A DNA stretch of 28,759 nt from Candidatus Bathyarchaeota archaeon (GTDB lineage Archaea > Thermoproteota > Bathyarchaeia > Bathyarchaeales > Bathyarchaeaceae): contig CAVOMX010000002.1 in NCBI GenBank assembly GCA_963697165.1, positions 1-28,759 on the forward strand. Direction: 5' to 3'. Each line of letters begins with the position of its first letter. Position 1 is the first letter of the stretch. This document shows positions 1 to 10,163 of the stretch, one piece after another. Both the position numbers and the translations under genes were made by a program. The notes under the pieces were generated by a model, which saw only the letters and a list, made by a program, of their open reading frames with translations, made no database searches and had not been told where the DNA came from.

Positions 1-156
1 TCAGCAGATCGATCGACCTTATTTTCAAGTAAATTTCAGATTAAACTGAAATTAAACCGCTGATTTCCTTTGCCAATATTTTCAACAAGCTCTCGATAAA
101 ATTCAGCATATTCTGTCTGGGTTTGACTTTTCTCCCCCTCCTTTTGGGCTACTTTT

Positions 157-785
157 TTACAGAACTAATGAAATGAGGACAAGAATATTTGTTTTATCAA
201 CAAAAAATTGGTTAATTGCTAAAGCATGTAGAGAAAACGAAGTTGACTCACTACATTCGTTAACATAATTGATAATTCTCATAAGTTCACTATTTATTTC
301 ATCAACGACAATTACTAAAACGAATCTTCCATTTTTCAAGCAATCAATAATTCCTGTTCTGAAGTTCTCTTCATCCCAATCTTCTCCGACTGCATCCTCA
401 ACTAAGTTAGCTAATGATCTACCCATTTTTGCTGTTATTCGCTGATCAAATTCATCATAACTTGGTTTGCAGAAGGTAGGAAGCATATTCGAGAATTTGT
501 CCTATGACTTTTCGTCTAACTTCAGGATTTCTGGCTAGTTTACATTCAATTAATGCTATATCGCCTTCCGGAGTAAACCCAATCAAGTCTGTTTTTCCCG
601 ATCCAGGTAAGCCAAATTCTCTAATAGCAAAAACAAGTGGTAAAATGCCTTCTCTTATCTCAGTGATGTTAATCAACTAAGAGAGATTCAACAAGTAACT
701 CTTGAAGTTCAGATTCAGCTTTCAAAGTGACTGATTCAGCTAACTTCCAATTACTGTTCCCATTACTTCTGATTAGTATCCTCAT
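157..785 (-). CDS. PD-(D/E)XK nuclease, NucS/DUF91-like; frameshifted in this sequence
   Basis: ATG at 785 gives MRILIRSNGNSNWKLAESVTLKAESELQELLVES. After frameshifts it continues in ORFs 455..676 (REFGLPGSGKTDLIG...ALIECKLARNPEVRRKVIGQILEYA, matching D...ExK...QxxxY nuclease motifs) and 157..486. The true 3' end may lie closer to the window edge. Confidence 0.65.
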
Positions 786-857
786 GCTTTTCTATTCCTT
801 TCAAAACTCATTTAATTTTTTCCTTTGAGGGAAAAATCTACTAATGTTTTTTGCTCC

Positions 858-1568
858 TCATGCAGGTCTCTTCTCTGTTGCACATGCAATTCTGCTATTT
901 CTTTTATTTATAAAATCAATCACCCTTTCTTGATAGATTAAGTAATCATTTACGCAATGAAATTTTGGAGCGCTCATAAAATTATCGAATGGTAGATAGA
1001 ACTTAATCTGTGCGTAATTTTCTGTCACTAAATCTTGTAATAAAAAGAAGTCAACATAGCCACGAAAATCCCTAAATAAACCAAAAAAGTCTTGGTATCG
1101 CAAGAACACATCATGTAGCGGACTGGGTAACCCAAGATAAAATCGTCTGATGCACTCTAATGTTAAATCAAATCTGTCGTCAATTTTGCCGTTACACCCA
1201 CGTGCACCGTTGATAGTCTGTTTGTTGTTAATTGTATTATTAGGAAAAATGATATATGCTCCAATTGTGCTTCCAGCAGAATAAAGTTGGTTAACTGCTT
1301 CGGGGATTTGTTGAGTCAACCATTGTTTGCGTTTATGGTGTTTGTAGGAGTGCGTAATTGCATCGCTCCCTAAAAAGAATTCACCAAGTTCAGATTTATG
1401 ATATAGATATGCTCCAGCTTTGTCGTCTCGTAAATCAAATATTTTACCATTCGGCAATGATTTGCTCCAAAGAATTTTGTGATATTTTTTGAGAGTTGGA
1501 CTATGTGCATCAGGGTCTTTCCCATTAGAGTCAGTGTAAAAATCAAAAGTTATGTCAATCATTTCCAT
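858..1568 (-). CDS. conserved hypothetical protein (DUF6994-like)
   Basis: ORF 858..1625, with a likely start at MEMIDITFDF (1568). The motifs KDPDAHSPTLKKYHKILWSK, TINGARG, DRFDLTLECIRRFY and YVDFFLLQDLV are recognised from memory as this family. Confidence 0.7.
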   Translation of the reverse strand: MEMIDITFDFYTDSNGKDPDAHSPTLKKYHKILWSKSLPNGKIFDLRDDKAGAYLYHKSELGEFFLGSDAITHSYKHHKRKQWLTQQIPEAVNQLYSAGSTIGAYIIFPNNTINNKQTINGARGCNGKIDDRFDLTLECIRRFYLGLPSPLHDVFLRYQDFFGLFRDFRGYVDFFLLQDLVTENYAQIKFYLPFDNFMSAPKFHCVNDYLIYQERVIDFINKRNSRIACATEKRPA

Positions 1569-1639
1569 TACTTTCCTACAATTTATTTTTAATATTTGTG
1601 AATTTGTAAGGCGTAATTTTTTCATTTATTTCTTTTCGA

Positions 1640-1885
1640 GTGTCTACTCGTTTTCGATCATACATACTTTCTTTTTTGTCTACTCTGTAGTACTTTCCGT
1701 ATTTTTAGGTAGGTAGATGGTACCAGATCGAGTAGACACCCTCCAACCGTTCAGGTCGTTTTGTCGTTCCGTCCGTTCAGGCGGTTCACGTCGTTTCGTT
1801 CCCACCGTCTGGACGTCGGTCGTTCAGGTCGTCGTTCCGTTCGTCCGTGGTTGGTTGGTTGGTTGGGTTAAAATTTAAGCCCAAA
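1640..1885. repeat. low-complexity/inverted-repeat intergenic region
   Basis: 11-bp inverted repeat GTGTCTACTCG (1640-1650) / CGAGTAGACAC (1729-1739); CGTTCAGG three times; GTCGTTCCGT twice; a (GGTT)4 run; imperfect palindrome GGGTTAAAATTTAAGCCC (1865-1882). Confidence 0.8.
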
Positions 1886-2100
1886 GAAAACCTAAACCAT
1901 GTAAGATGTGGATGCATATTAGCATATGGAATTAAAAACAAGGCGGCATGAACAAAATTCCTTGTTTGATACTTAATTTGAGGAAAAAACTGAAATCTAC
2001 AGTAAAACCAGTCGTGACATGCAACAATATAATAATGTATAAAGCTAGTCCCATACCCAAATCTGGATGAAATTCTTTTTAGATTATTGTTGACCGAAAC

Positions 2101-2145
2101 TTTTAAATCAATTATCAACATACTGAGTATGTTAAACATACTGAG
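2101..2145 (+). promoter_or_regulatory. TATA-like box followed by a triple half-site operator
   Basis: TTTTAAAT at 2101, then AACATACT-G-AGTATGTT-A-AACATACT (2117-2142, two overlapping perfect inverted repeats), just before the GAGGTG RBS of the AbrB-like gene. Confidence 0.6.
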
Positions 2146-2155
2146 AGGTGGAAAA

Positions 2156-2440
2156 ATGGAAAATAATAATGAAGAATCCGAAATGAAACGTCACGAGAGA
2201 ATGAAAGAGTGCCATGAGAGAAGAAGAAAGCATCACGAGGGGATGAGAAAACATTCTGAACGAGTTATCGTTAAAGGATACATGCGTCCAGATGGAACAT
2301 CCTACTACGTTGTGATCCCCAAGCAAATAAGGGAGCAATTCGGGCTACAAGGCGGAGAATACTTCCTGATCAGGGCGAGACCTAAGGAAAACGAAATCAA
2401 GTTGAAACTCGCAAAATTCGTTGAAGAAGAACAAGAATAG
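2156..2440 (+). CDS. AbrB/MazE/SpoVT-like DNA-binding protein with His/Arg-rich N-terminus
   Basis: GAGGTG RBS before ATG 2156. The motif GTSYYVVIPKQIREQFGLQGGEYFLI is typical of the swapped-hairpin fold. Confidence 0.75.
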   Translation: MENNNEESEMKRHERMKECHERRRKHHEGMRKHSERVIVKGYMRPDGTSYYVVIPKQIREQFGLQGGEYFLIRARPKENEIKLKLAKFVEEEQE

Positions 2441-2674
2441 CAGCATACTCCACGATTCTCTATTTTTCCCTGTTTTGACAAGGCTGCCTGAAAAGATCAG
2501 GGTAAGTTTTGATTTCGCCTCAGGTTGAAAAATGGGTTTGGTTTTGCGGGAGAAAATTGGAGATGTCATCATCTTTGGGGGTGAACATAGATTATTGTAA
2601 AACTATAGTGTTTCATTTGAAACCTTTTTTAGCACAAGTCTATTATAGTTCATGTTTTAAACTTAGTTCAAACT

Positions 2675-3121
2675 TTGAACGTGATAAATTTGCCTAAAGG
2701 AGAATCAAGTAGCGAAAAAGTGTGTTGGGAAATTCAAGAGTTTCTATTTAATAATTCATCAACTTTCACCCAAATCGTTGAAAGTTGTAATGCAGCTAAA
2801 GCAACAGTCAGCAAATATTTGAATGAGCTCGTCGATGAGGGAAAAATAATTTGGAAACCGAAAAGAAAACGAGGAGAAAGCAAATATGCACTTTCTAATA
2901 AAACAAAAGACGAGATAAAACTTTTAATGGAAAAACAAAAAATTAAGACCAAAATAGATCAGATGTCACCTCAAAAAATTCAGGAATTCAAAAAGTTACT
3001 CGATTTTCTTGTAAAAAGTAAGGATGGAGAAGAGTTTTGGTTATCGCTTCCAGATGCAGACCATCCTGAAAAAATAAAAAAGTTCAAAAATGTAGGGACA
3101 AAGATTTTGGTTCAAGATTAA
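2675..3121 (+). CDS. winged helix-turn-helix transcriptional regulator
   Basis: TFTQIVESCNAAKATVSKYLNELVDEGKI...KYAL fits a wHTH pattern. The start codon is uncertain. Confidence 0.7.
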   Translation: MNVINLPKGESSSEKVCWEIQEFLFNNSSTFTQIVESCNAAKATVSKYLNELVDEGKIIWKPKRKRGESKYALSNKTKDEIKLLMEKQKIKTKIDQMSPQKIQEFKKLLDFLVKSKDGEEFWLSLPDADHPEKIKKFKNVGTKILVQD

Positions 3122-3373
3122 TATTTGTAAATTACCTTTTTATGAAAAGCAGTCCGATCAATAAAACCTACAGAAGACTCCGAACAGGCATTACAAGAAG
3201 ACATTAGATGATTACTATTAAAAAAATTATGAGAACATTTTGATTTTTATCTAAGGGCAACTTTAACCCAGAACAGAATTGTTTGTTTCATGAAATATTT
3301 TTTTTATTGTTTGGGGATTTAGGAATACGGAGAGAGTATGGAGTAGATGGAGAATTGGGGGAGTAGATGTTTG

Positions 3374-3392
3374 GGGGTTAAAATTTAACCCC
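3374..3392. repeat. perfect palindrome GGGGTTAAA-A-TTTAACCCC
   Basis: 9-bp arms with a 1-nt spacer. A near-identical copy lies at 1865-1882. Flanked by GAGTAGATG twice (3341, 3361) and CCCAAA repeats. Confidence 0.8.
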
Positions 3393-3620
3393 AAACCCAA
3401 ACCCGTGTACTTTTCTACGTGTGTAATTTTTTTCTCTTATTCCTGTACTTGCACTTTTTCTCGTTCACTCTCTCTCACTCCCCCCTCACGTGTGAAACCC
3501 GCACGCACGTGCCTGACTATGTTTACATTTTTTATATTCTGTTATGTTAGTAGAAGATTTTACTAGAATCAATATTCTGATGGTTTAATAATGGACTTTT
3601 TTGTTTTAGTTGGTAGGTGG

Positions 3621-4238
3621 ATGAATAATTTGAATAAATTTGTGGTGATATTATTTGTTTTGGCAATGATGGGTCTGTTGGTTACTGGTGTTTATGCAAA
3701 AGGTGGCGTTGCTAAAAATGGAAAAGGATCTGGGGACGAAGAAATTGCAGTTTCTGGCGGAGAAGTTGCTGGTGTGTATTCGGGAGGGTGTGGTGCTGAA
3801 AATGGGAAAATTACTGGTGGCGGACAAATCACAATTCCAGACGGAAAAGCTAGTTTTGGGTTTAATGTTATGGAATTTTCAAAAGATGAGGGTCCAAAGG
3901 GAGAACTAGATTACATTGATCATATGACAGGAATAAAAGTTCACGCCCACAGCATTGACATTATTCTTTATGTTGCACAACCCAATCCTGGAAATAAACC
4001 ATATCCAATGCGAGTAGCTCAATTTGAAGGACCATGTATGGTAAATCATAAAGATGGATATTGGTTTAAAGTCTTTGTTGTAGACGAAGGAGAACCAGGT
4101 AAAAACGACCAATTCTATATAGATGTTGTAGGTCCCAATCCTGATGATGGTACTCCCGGTTGGCATTACGAGAATCCTCAAGGCGACGGTATTACGTTAC
4201 TAGCAGGAAACATTCAGATACACAAACCTCCAAGATAA
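3621..4238 (+). CDS. secreted protein with post-COAP-1-like beta domain
   Basis: AGGTGG RBS and ATG at 3621, with a signal peptide ending VYA. Motifs KITGGGQI, ASFGFNV, VDEGEPG and C-terminal GNIQIH; the family name is recalled from memory. Confidence 0.6.
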   Translation: MNNLNKFVVILFVLAMMGLLVTGVYAKGGVAKNGKGSGDEEIAVSGGEVAGVYSGGCGAENGKITGGGQITIPDGKASFGFNVMEFSKDEGPKGELDYIDHMTGIKVHAHSIDIILYVAQPNPGNKPYPMRVAQFEGPCMVNHKDGYWFKVFVVDEGEPGKNDQFYIDVVGPNPDDGTPGWHYENPQGDGITLLAGNIQIHKPPR

Positions 4239-4713
4239 TCCCTTGCCACTAAGAACCAATGATATCATTTTCTCCTTTTTTGAGGCTTAATCTGTTACTA
4301 TTAGTAATTTTCGCGTGCATTGATTGGTGAAGGGGCTCTCCCTCTAAAACGCTTTAAGAGGCTATGTTGGCAAGATTAAACCAGCTTGAAATCAATCTTG
4401 AACATATTATAGTTTAACGTATCTCAACGAATCTATTCTTAAAAAAGACAGCTAGTTAATTAGTTAAAGCCCTATCATTAGTAGTATCAACTGCTTTTCT
4501 GCTAGTCATACAACTTCTCGACTATACTTTCCTTCCATAACCAAAGTCAATCTGCATTCTGTCAGGTCAGGGCATTATCCCTGCTTATTTAGAATTTATT
4601 TAGGCCTTATTTTGTAAATGAAATTAAATAATTGTTCTAAATTTGGATTATCGCGTTTGAGACCTTTTATTTTAAATTGATGTTTGTATCTTATAATTTT
4701 GAGATGCTCAAAG

Positions 4714-5995
4714 TTGAAGCTGATCTACATCATAATCGACGGAATGGGCGACCTTCCCATAGAAGAATTAGGCGGCAAAACTCCTCTTGAAGCCGCTGAA
4801 ACTCCATATATGGATTCGCTCGCCAAAAACGGAAAAACAGGACTCATGTACACGGTCGGTAAGGGCATGGCACCCGAAAGCGACGTAGCAGTTGTTTCCG
4901 TTTTGGGTTATGATCCATTCCATTATCATGTGAGCAGGGGCGCCCTCGAAACTGTCGGTGCAGGATTATCTATGAAAAACGGTGACTTGGCTATTCGCTG
5001 CAATTTTGGGACGTTAGCGCCTGACAACAGCTCTATCTTGGACAGGCGGGCTGGAAGAAACCTGACACAAGAAGAAGCTGATGAACTAGCCGATGCATTA
5101 AACGATCAGGTACTACTGGAGTCATATCCAGCCAGCTTGGAGATTAAAAGTACTGTAACTTACAGGGCAGCATTGGTTATACGAAGCAAAGAAGGAAGGT
5201 TCTCAGGCAACATAAGCAACACTGATCCTGCCTACAAGAGGATCAATAGTGTAGGCGTGGCTGACCTAGAAGCCAAGATGATACTGAAAACCTGTAATCC
5301 TCTTGACGAAACTGAAGAAGCAAAAATTTCTGCAGAACTGGTTAACGAATTCACACAAAAGGCTACGTTTGTTCTGGATACGCATGAAGTAAACAGGAGA
5401 CGTGCCAAAGAGGGAAAACTGAAGGCTAACGTCATACTCAGCAGAGACGCGGGTAGCATGGTTCCGAAGTTTCCCCCGCTCAGCGAACTTTATGGACTCA
5501 ACTTTGTTTGTCTCGCTGACATGAATGTTGAAAGAGGAATAGCAAAGCTCGCGGGAATGAGTTTAGTTGATCTTCCTCTTCCATCAAAAAACCTCGAAAG
5601 TGATTGTAAACTTAGAATAAAGAAACTGTTTGAGGTTCTGGCTAATTATGACGGTTTTTACATTCACATCAAGGGTCCAGATGAGCCCGGTCACGACGGC
5701 GATTTTAATGCTCAAATCTGAACTCATCGCTACTGTTGACAAATATTTTGTGGGCGAAATGCTCCAGAAAATAAATCTGGAAGATTACATTGTTTGTATA
5801 ACCGCTGATCATTCGACGCCCTGCAAACTAAAGGCTCACAGTGACGATCCTGTTCCCCTTCTAATCGCAGGAAACAAGCTGCTAGGGGATAGGGTTCAGA
5901 AATTCTCTGAAAAAGAATGCAAACTGGGAGAATTAGGTGTTCTAAGTCGAGGAACTGAGCTTATGCCCAAGCTGGTTGACTTTATGAAAGAATAG
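4714..5995 (+). CDS. apgM: 2,3-bisphosphoglycerate-independent phosphoglycerate mutase (archaeal type); one frameshift near 5712
   Basis: IIIDGMGD, TPLEAA, PESD (catalytic Ser), DRRAGR and HIKGPDEPGHDG in ORF 4684..5721. TADHSTP...HSDDPVP follows in ORF 5630..5995. Confidence 0.9.
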
Positions 5996-6003
5996 AAGGT
6001 ATG

Positions 6004-6303
6004 TTAGTACCTTCTGTATCCTATGAATAGACCAGCAACGAAGCTAGCTACGAAAGGAACACTGGATACCAGAGCCACAATTCCTAAGGGGGTGATAATG
6101 CCTAGGACGTTTGATATGTTTGCGGATATCGAGTCAAAGTTTACGTTAAGGTTTCCGGTGTATGCCATTGCTATTATGATGAACGCTACAACTACGATTG
6201 CCATTGCCATGCTTGAAATCTTTCTAAATAGTTTTCCTGAGAAGTAGCCAGCCACCCCGCCGATAACTAGTGTAAATATAATTGGTGCCATCAAGTCTTC
6301 CAT
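6004..6303 (-). CDS. FUN14-like small membrane protein
   Basis: GGVAGYFSGKLFRKI...YTGNLNVNFD...SFVAGLFIGY pattern; GAGGTG RBS upstream. Confidence 0.65.
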   Translation of the reverse strand: MEDLMAPIIFTLVIGGVAGYFSGKLFRKISSMAMAIVVVAFIIIAMAYTGNLNVNFDSISANISNVLGIITPLGIVALVSSVPFVASFVAGLFIGYRRY

Positions 6304-6319
6304 TTTCCTTTTTCACCTC

Positions 6320-6426
6320 TCATCTTTGTTGATATATTATGGTGCCACACTTTTGCAGTGACAGAAATTTCCTTCAAAACCGGATTGTATTGAGGTTATT
6401 TCCTCTTTGCAGTTGGGGCACTCCAT
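6320..6426 (-). CDS. zinc-ribbon microprotein (about 35 aa), apparent 1-nt deletion
   Basis: ATG 6426 reads MECPNCKEEITSIQSGFEGNFCHCK. Adding one A to the A4 run gives KCGTIIYQQR* ending at 6320, next to the RBS of the FUN14-like gene. Not in the ORF track. Confidence 0.55.
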
Positions 6427-6551
6427 ATTGTCTGTCTCCGACTTCTTTGTATTGATTTGTTTTATTAATATTGATTATGAATTCAGAGTACATATTTTCC
6501 TTTCATAATTGCTTTTTATTAAAACGGTTGAATGAGGCTTTGGAGTTCAAA

Positions 6552-6689
6552 ATGAGCCCAAAACTTCAAGAAATTCAAAAAAAACTTGCAAATCTTGAGA
6601 AAGAAGCGAATGAATTAAAACGCCTTAAATCTGACTATAATTATGCTAAACAATTCCGCAGAATGCTTGTGAAACAACAGATGGATTAG
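6552..6689 (+). CDS. small coiled-coil hypothetical protein (45 aa)
   Basis: GGAG before ATG 6552. MSPKLQEIQKKLANLEKEANELKRLK shows a heptad pattern. Confidence 0.45.
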   Translation: MSPKLQEIQKKLANLEKEANELKRLKSDYNYAKQFRRMLVKQQMD

Positions 6690-6697
6690 AATAGAGT

Positions 6698-7686
6698 CTA
6701 AATCGGCGGTTTGGTGAGTTTTCTTTTCTGCAGTGGGAGTTTCATCCAAGTTCTGAAATCAGAATCTGGAGGTTCCGTTTCAAAGAGCTGCCTTCTGTTA
6801 AACTCTAGAAAATTGTTTTCTTTACCTAAATATTCGGCTGCAGTTAGGACTTTGTGGCCTGCATCAGTGGCGACGTCAAATATGGGTTGGCAGAAACTCT
6901 TCCATTTTTCATCCCTGAGAATGTGGTGTTCTAGGATTGTTGTTGGCACCCTTTCAACAAGTTTTTTTAGGTTTTGTATTCCCGCTTCTATATTTTCATC
7001 TTTTACTCTAAATCCCGCTAAATAGGTTGGAGGTCCCCCTACAAGCACTAGCTGAGGACTTTCAGCCAATATTTTGGCTAAAGTAGGAGCGTACATTGGT
7101 CCTTGAACATCAGACGCAAAAAGAACCATTTCATCTGCAAACTCAATGGTCAACATCACTATCCATCCTAACTCCGAGTTTTCGGGTCCATGGAAAACTG
7201 GTTCAGAAAACCTCAGCTTTGTTTCTCCAAACTCAAAGGTTCTCCCGTCAGCGCTCTCCAGCCTCTTTGCATAGTTGCCTGCGGTATTCTTGAACATCCA
7301 TCCTCGGCGTCTCTGGCTGGCGTTGACTCTGGAACGGTAACTCTTCGCGAGGACAATTTTGTCACTGTAGATTTGTTTTGCAGTTTCTGCTGAGGACCAG
7401 TTAGTTAACCAGTCGGTATAGGAGGGTGTATGGTGGTCGAAGTGATAGTGGCTTATGGTTATGATGTCTGCTTTTTCTGCTGTTTTGCTGATTTTTTCCC
7501 GGCATTCTGCTAGGGCTTGATATTCTCTGGGGTGTGGAGGATGCTCTAGCCTATTTGGTGCCAAGGCTGCGCCGGCGTCTAGGAGAATTTTTGTGTCCTT
7601 TGTTTCTATGTAGGTGCACATTGACCTTACTCCGAAACTCTCCTCTCTAGTGGAGTGATCTTGATTTTTTTGGCATTGTTGTTCAT
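6698..7686 (-). CDS. UPF0282-like metallo-beta-lactamase-fold hydrolase; N-terminal frameshift
   Basis: SHYHFDHH, VFHG, SDVQG, GGPPTYL and EHHILRD motifs. The upstream KIKITPL/EESFGVRSM segment lies across a frameshift at about 7645. Confidence 0.8.
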
Positions 7687-8016
7687 CGCGTTGTTTTTTG
7701 TGGGCTATATTTTTATGCTGGGGGGCATTTAATTTTGTTTGGTGGGCAATGACGATTTTGACCCCACTGAAAAGTGATTGAGATCTTGAGAAAAGTGGAC
7801 GGCTAAGAATCGTCTATTGTTTGTCGCTTTCAAGAATGCGTGAGCCCACCGCCATTCCTGTTTTTGTTTGGTTACTACGTTTTTGGCTGTTGTGAGGTGG
7901 GTTTAGGTTTTGGTGACTGAAATCTTATGACTTGTAGTACATATATGCAGTATTATGTCGAAAATCGTAATATATAGTTAAATGTCAAATATGTAATTGT
8001 TATAATTCTTAACGGA

Positions 8017-8352
8017 ATGGTGTGGAATAAGTTGACAGAAGAAAAGATAAAGAACATTCTTACTGATGAAAAACTTTCGGCTATCAAGGCGGTGTTAGAG
8101 AAGGACCATGCCATCGACTGCATTTTTCTTTTGAAATTAGAGAATGGTCGATGGAAGAATGCTAAGGCTTTCATGCATGATTTGAATCTGACTCTTAGCG
8201 ATGGAACGTTCCGTTCGAGGATGATGGAGATGGAACATCTTGGATTGGCCGAGAGTGTGGCAATTGATCCTCTGAAGAAGTATTATGTGATAACCGAGTT
8301 AGGTAATAAGATAGCTGATCTTCTTTTGGGCATGTTTAGTGCCTTAGAGTAG
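8017..8352 (+). CDS. winged helix DNA-binding protein
   Basis: LSDGTFRSRMMEMEHLGLAE...KYYVITELG fits a wHTH pattern. Confidence 0.7.
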   Translation: MVWNKLTEEKIKNILTDEKLSAIKAVLEKDHAIDCIFLLKLENGRWKNAKAFMHDLNLTLSDGTFRSRMMEMEHLGLAESVAIDPLKKYYVITELGNKIADLLLGMFSALE

Positions 8353-8477
8353 TAGGTTGTGTTTTGTTTTTTTGCTTGTTTTTTTCGGTTTTAAAATATG
8401 TTGTATTGAGTCGTAAGATTTAAATCTCTTTATTGTATAGTCCACTTGTGAACTCACAAGGAGGGAAAAATCAAAAA

Positions 8478-8906
8478 ATGAGAAAACTCCTGAAAAGTAA
8501 AAAAGCTCTTAGCCCAGTAGTAGCAGCCATCATACTCATCGCAGTAACAGTAGCAGTATCCATCGCAGTAGCAGCATGGATGGGCTCAATGACATTCACA
8601 TTCATGGAAACAGAAGAAATAACAATCACCAACGTGATATTCACAGCTAATGACCTGGTGCCGACACTATACTTGTAACATGTTATGAACACAGGAACAA
8701 CTGATGTATCAATCTACGACTACAGCTAGCAGTAACAGGAAACGGGGTAACTGGAGGATACTACCGTAGCAAGCTACAGTTTCAGCAGGTGGCACTGAAT
8801 CATTCCTAGTAACATCTTACGGGTGAATTAGAAGCTGGCAGCACATACAACGTGGAACTACTATCATACAAAGGGCAACAAATTCAGTTACACTGGAACT
8901 GCATAA
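8478..8906 (+). CDS. archaeal type IV pilin (class III signal peptide); several frameshifts
   Basis: MRKLLKSKKA|LSPVVAAIILIAVTVAVSIAVAAWMG. Downstream frames give VMNTGTTDVSI and C-terminal KGNKFSYTGTA* (stop 8904-8906). Confidence 0.8.
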
Positions 8907-8987
8907 AACCACTGAGCAGAGCTTTAATTAGAAAAATTTGAGGGATAGGGAAATCCTCCCTCTTTCACCATCTTTGGAGGTGTAAAT

Positions 8988-9413
8988 ATGGTAGTTGAAC
9001 TAAAAGAATATGAATCCGCGATAGAAATAGCAAAAGCAATGGACACAGATATATCCAAAACAAAAAGTATCCTCGGCGAATACCTACGCAGACTAGACTC
9101 CATACGGAATCTGGCTGAAAGGTCAAAGAAGATACGCGAAGTAGTCTTCAAACTCGCTGGCAAAAAAACAGCCCAAAGCAGCCTCGGAGAAATAACCGTC
9201 GGCGACCTAAACGTAATCCTAGACGCAAACCCATTCCACGAACTAACAGCAATCGAACAGGTCGTCCGCAGCCAACAAGACAGACTATTAATACTACAAA
9301 AAGCCCGCGACGCACTAAACTGGGTTGACCAAATAGGCGACACTGAAGGACTCAAATACATAGTGCTGGAAAACGACGGGGTTCCCGAACGGATTCTGCT
9401 AAAGATCTCATAG
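8988..9413 (+). CDS. conserved helical/coiled-coil hypothetical protein
   Basis: GGAGGTG RBS; intact 141-aa ORF with long amphipathic helices, ending DGVPERILLKIS. Confidence 0.75.
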   Translation: MVVELKEYESAIEIAKAMDTDISKTKSILGEYLRRLDSIRNLAERSKKIREVVFKLAGKKTAQSSLGEITVGDLNVILDANPFHELTAIEQVVRSQQDRLLILQKARDALNWVDQIGDTEGLKYIVLENDGVPERILLKIS

Positions 9414-9435
9414 ATCAGGCAGGACGTGAAGAACA

Positions 9436-10153
9436 ATGAATCAGGGACCCCAACTCTATTGCCTTACACAATGCTCTGACCGAGATTAAGAAGGCGTACC
9501 CGGGTATCCACCACTCTTTCCTTTTTACAAAATAACGGATCCATAGTCACTGGAGATCCAGAAACTGACGACGAAACCGTAAAAAACGTGTTAGAGTCTT
9601 TCGAGGATTTAAAAGAAAAGGCGAAAGCAATCGGTAATCTCAAAAGCTTTAGTATTAACGCTAAAAACGGCAAGATAGCATTATCCAGTATTGAAGACAT
9701 GTATCTTATATTGGCTACATCTGAAAAAATCGATGACACTCAAATTTATTCCATAACCCATGTTATAATTCCAACAATCCTAAAAACCATGAAAACATTT
9801 GCTCAACCAAACCTCCAATCAGAATCCGACAAAAAAGCTAGTTGTTGACACTCTCGGCTGGATTCTTTGCTGGAGATTCAGTGCAAATTGACGTAGAGAC
9901 TTTAATGGACTGGACCGAAAATAGTGATCCACGTGACCGCGTAAAAGCTGCACTAACTGGAGAACAAAACCCACCAGAAAGCATCGATCAAGTTGAAATC
10001 GAAACGTTTGGCGGTAATTCTACCCTGTGCAAAGTGAAAGAGATTAACGATCAGAAACTAAAAGGAAAAAACATGATTAGAATACCCGAAAAACTCTGTA
10101 ATACTCTTGAAATCAAGAAAGGTGACATGGTAAAGGTCAAACCAATGTTATAG
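9436..10153 (+). CDS. roadblock/LC7-like N-domain fused to CDC48-N/double-psi-barrel-like C-domain; frameshifted
   Basis: Joining frames gives DPNSIALHNALTEIKKAYPGIHHSFLFTNNGSIVTGD, then ORF 9588..9848, then KKLVVDTL/GFFAGDSVQID...CKVKEIND...IRIPEKLCNTLEIKKGDMVKVKP. Most breaks are at homopolymer runs. Confidence 0.6.
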
Positions 10154-10163
10154 AAGGAATAAT

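Noticed and set aside
1747..1866. CRISPR array in the CGTTCAGG repeat tract
   Set aside because: Repeats are 8-10 nt, irregularly spaced and have no unique spacers.
1786..2139. 117-aa minus ORF ending NPTNQPTTDERNDDLNDRR
   Set aside because: Its C-terminus is just the translation of the GGTT/CGTT repeat tract and it overlaps the AbrB promoter; no recognisable motif.
8924..9436. 170-aa minus ORF and other antisense ORFs in the track
   Set aside because: They are shadows of better-supported opposite-strand genes with RBS and motifs.
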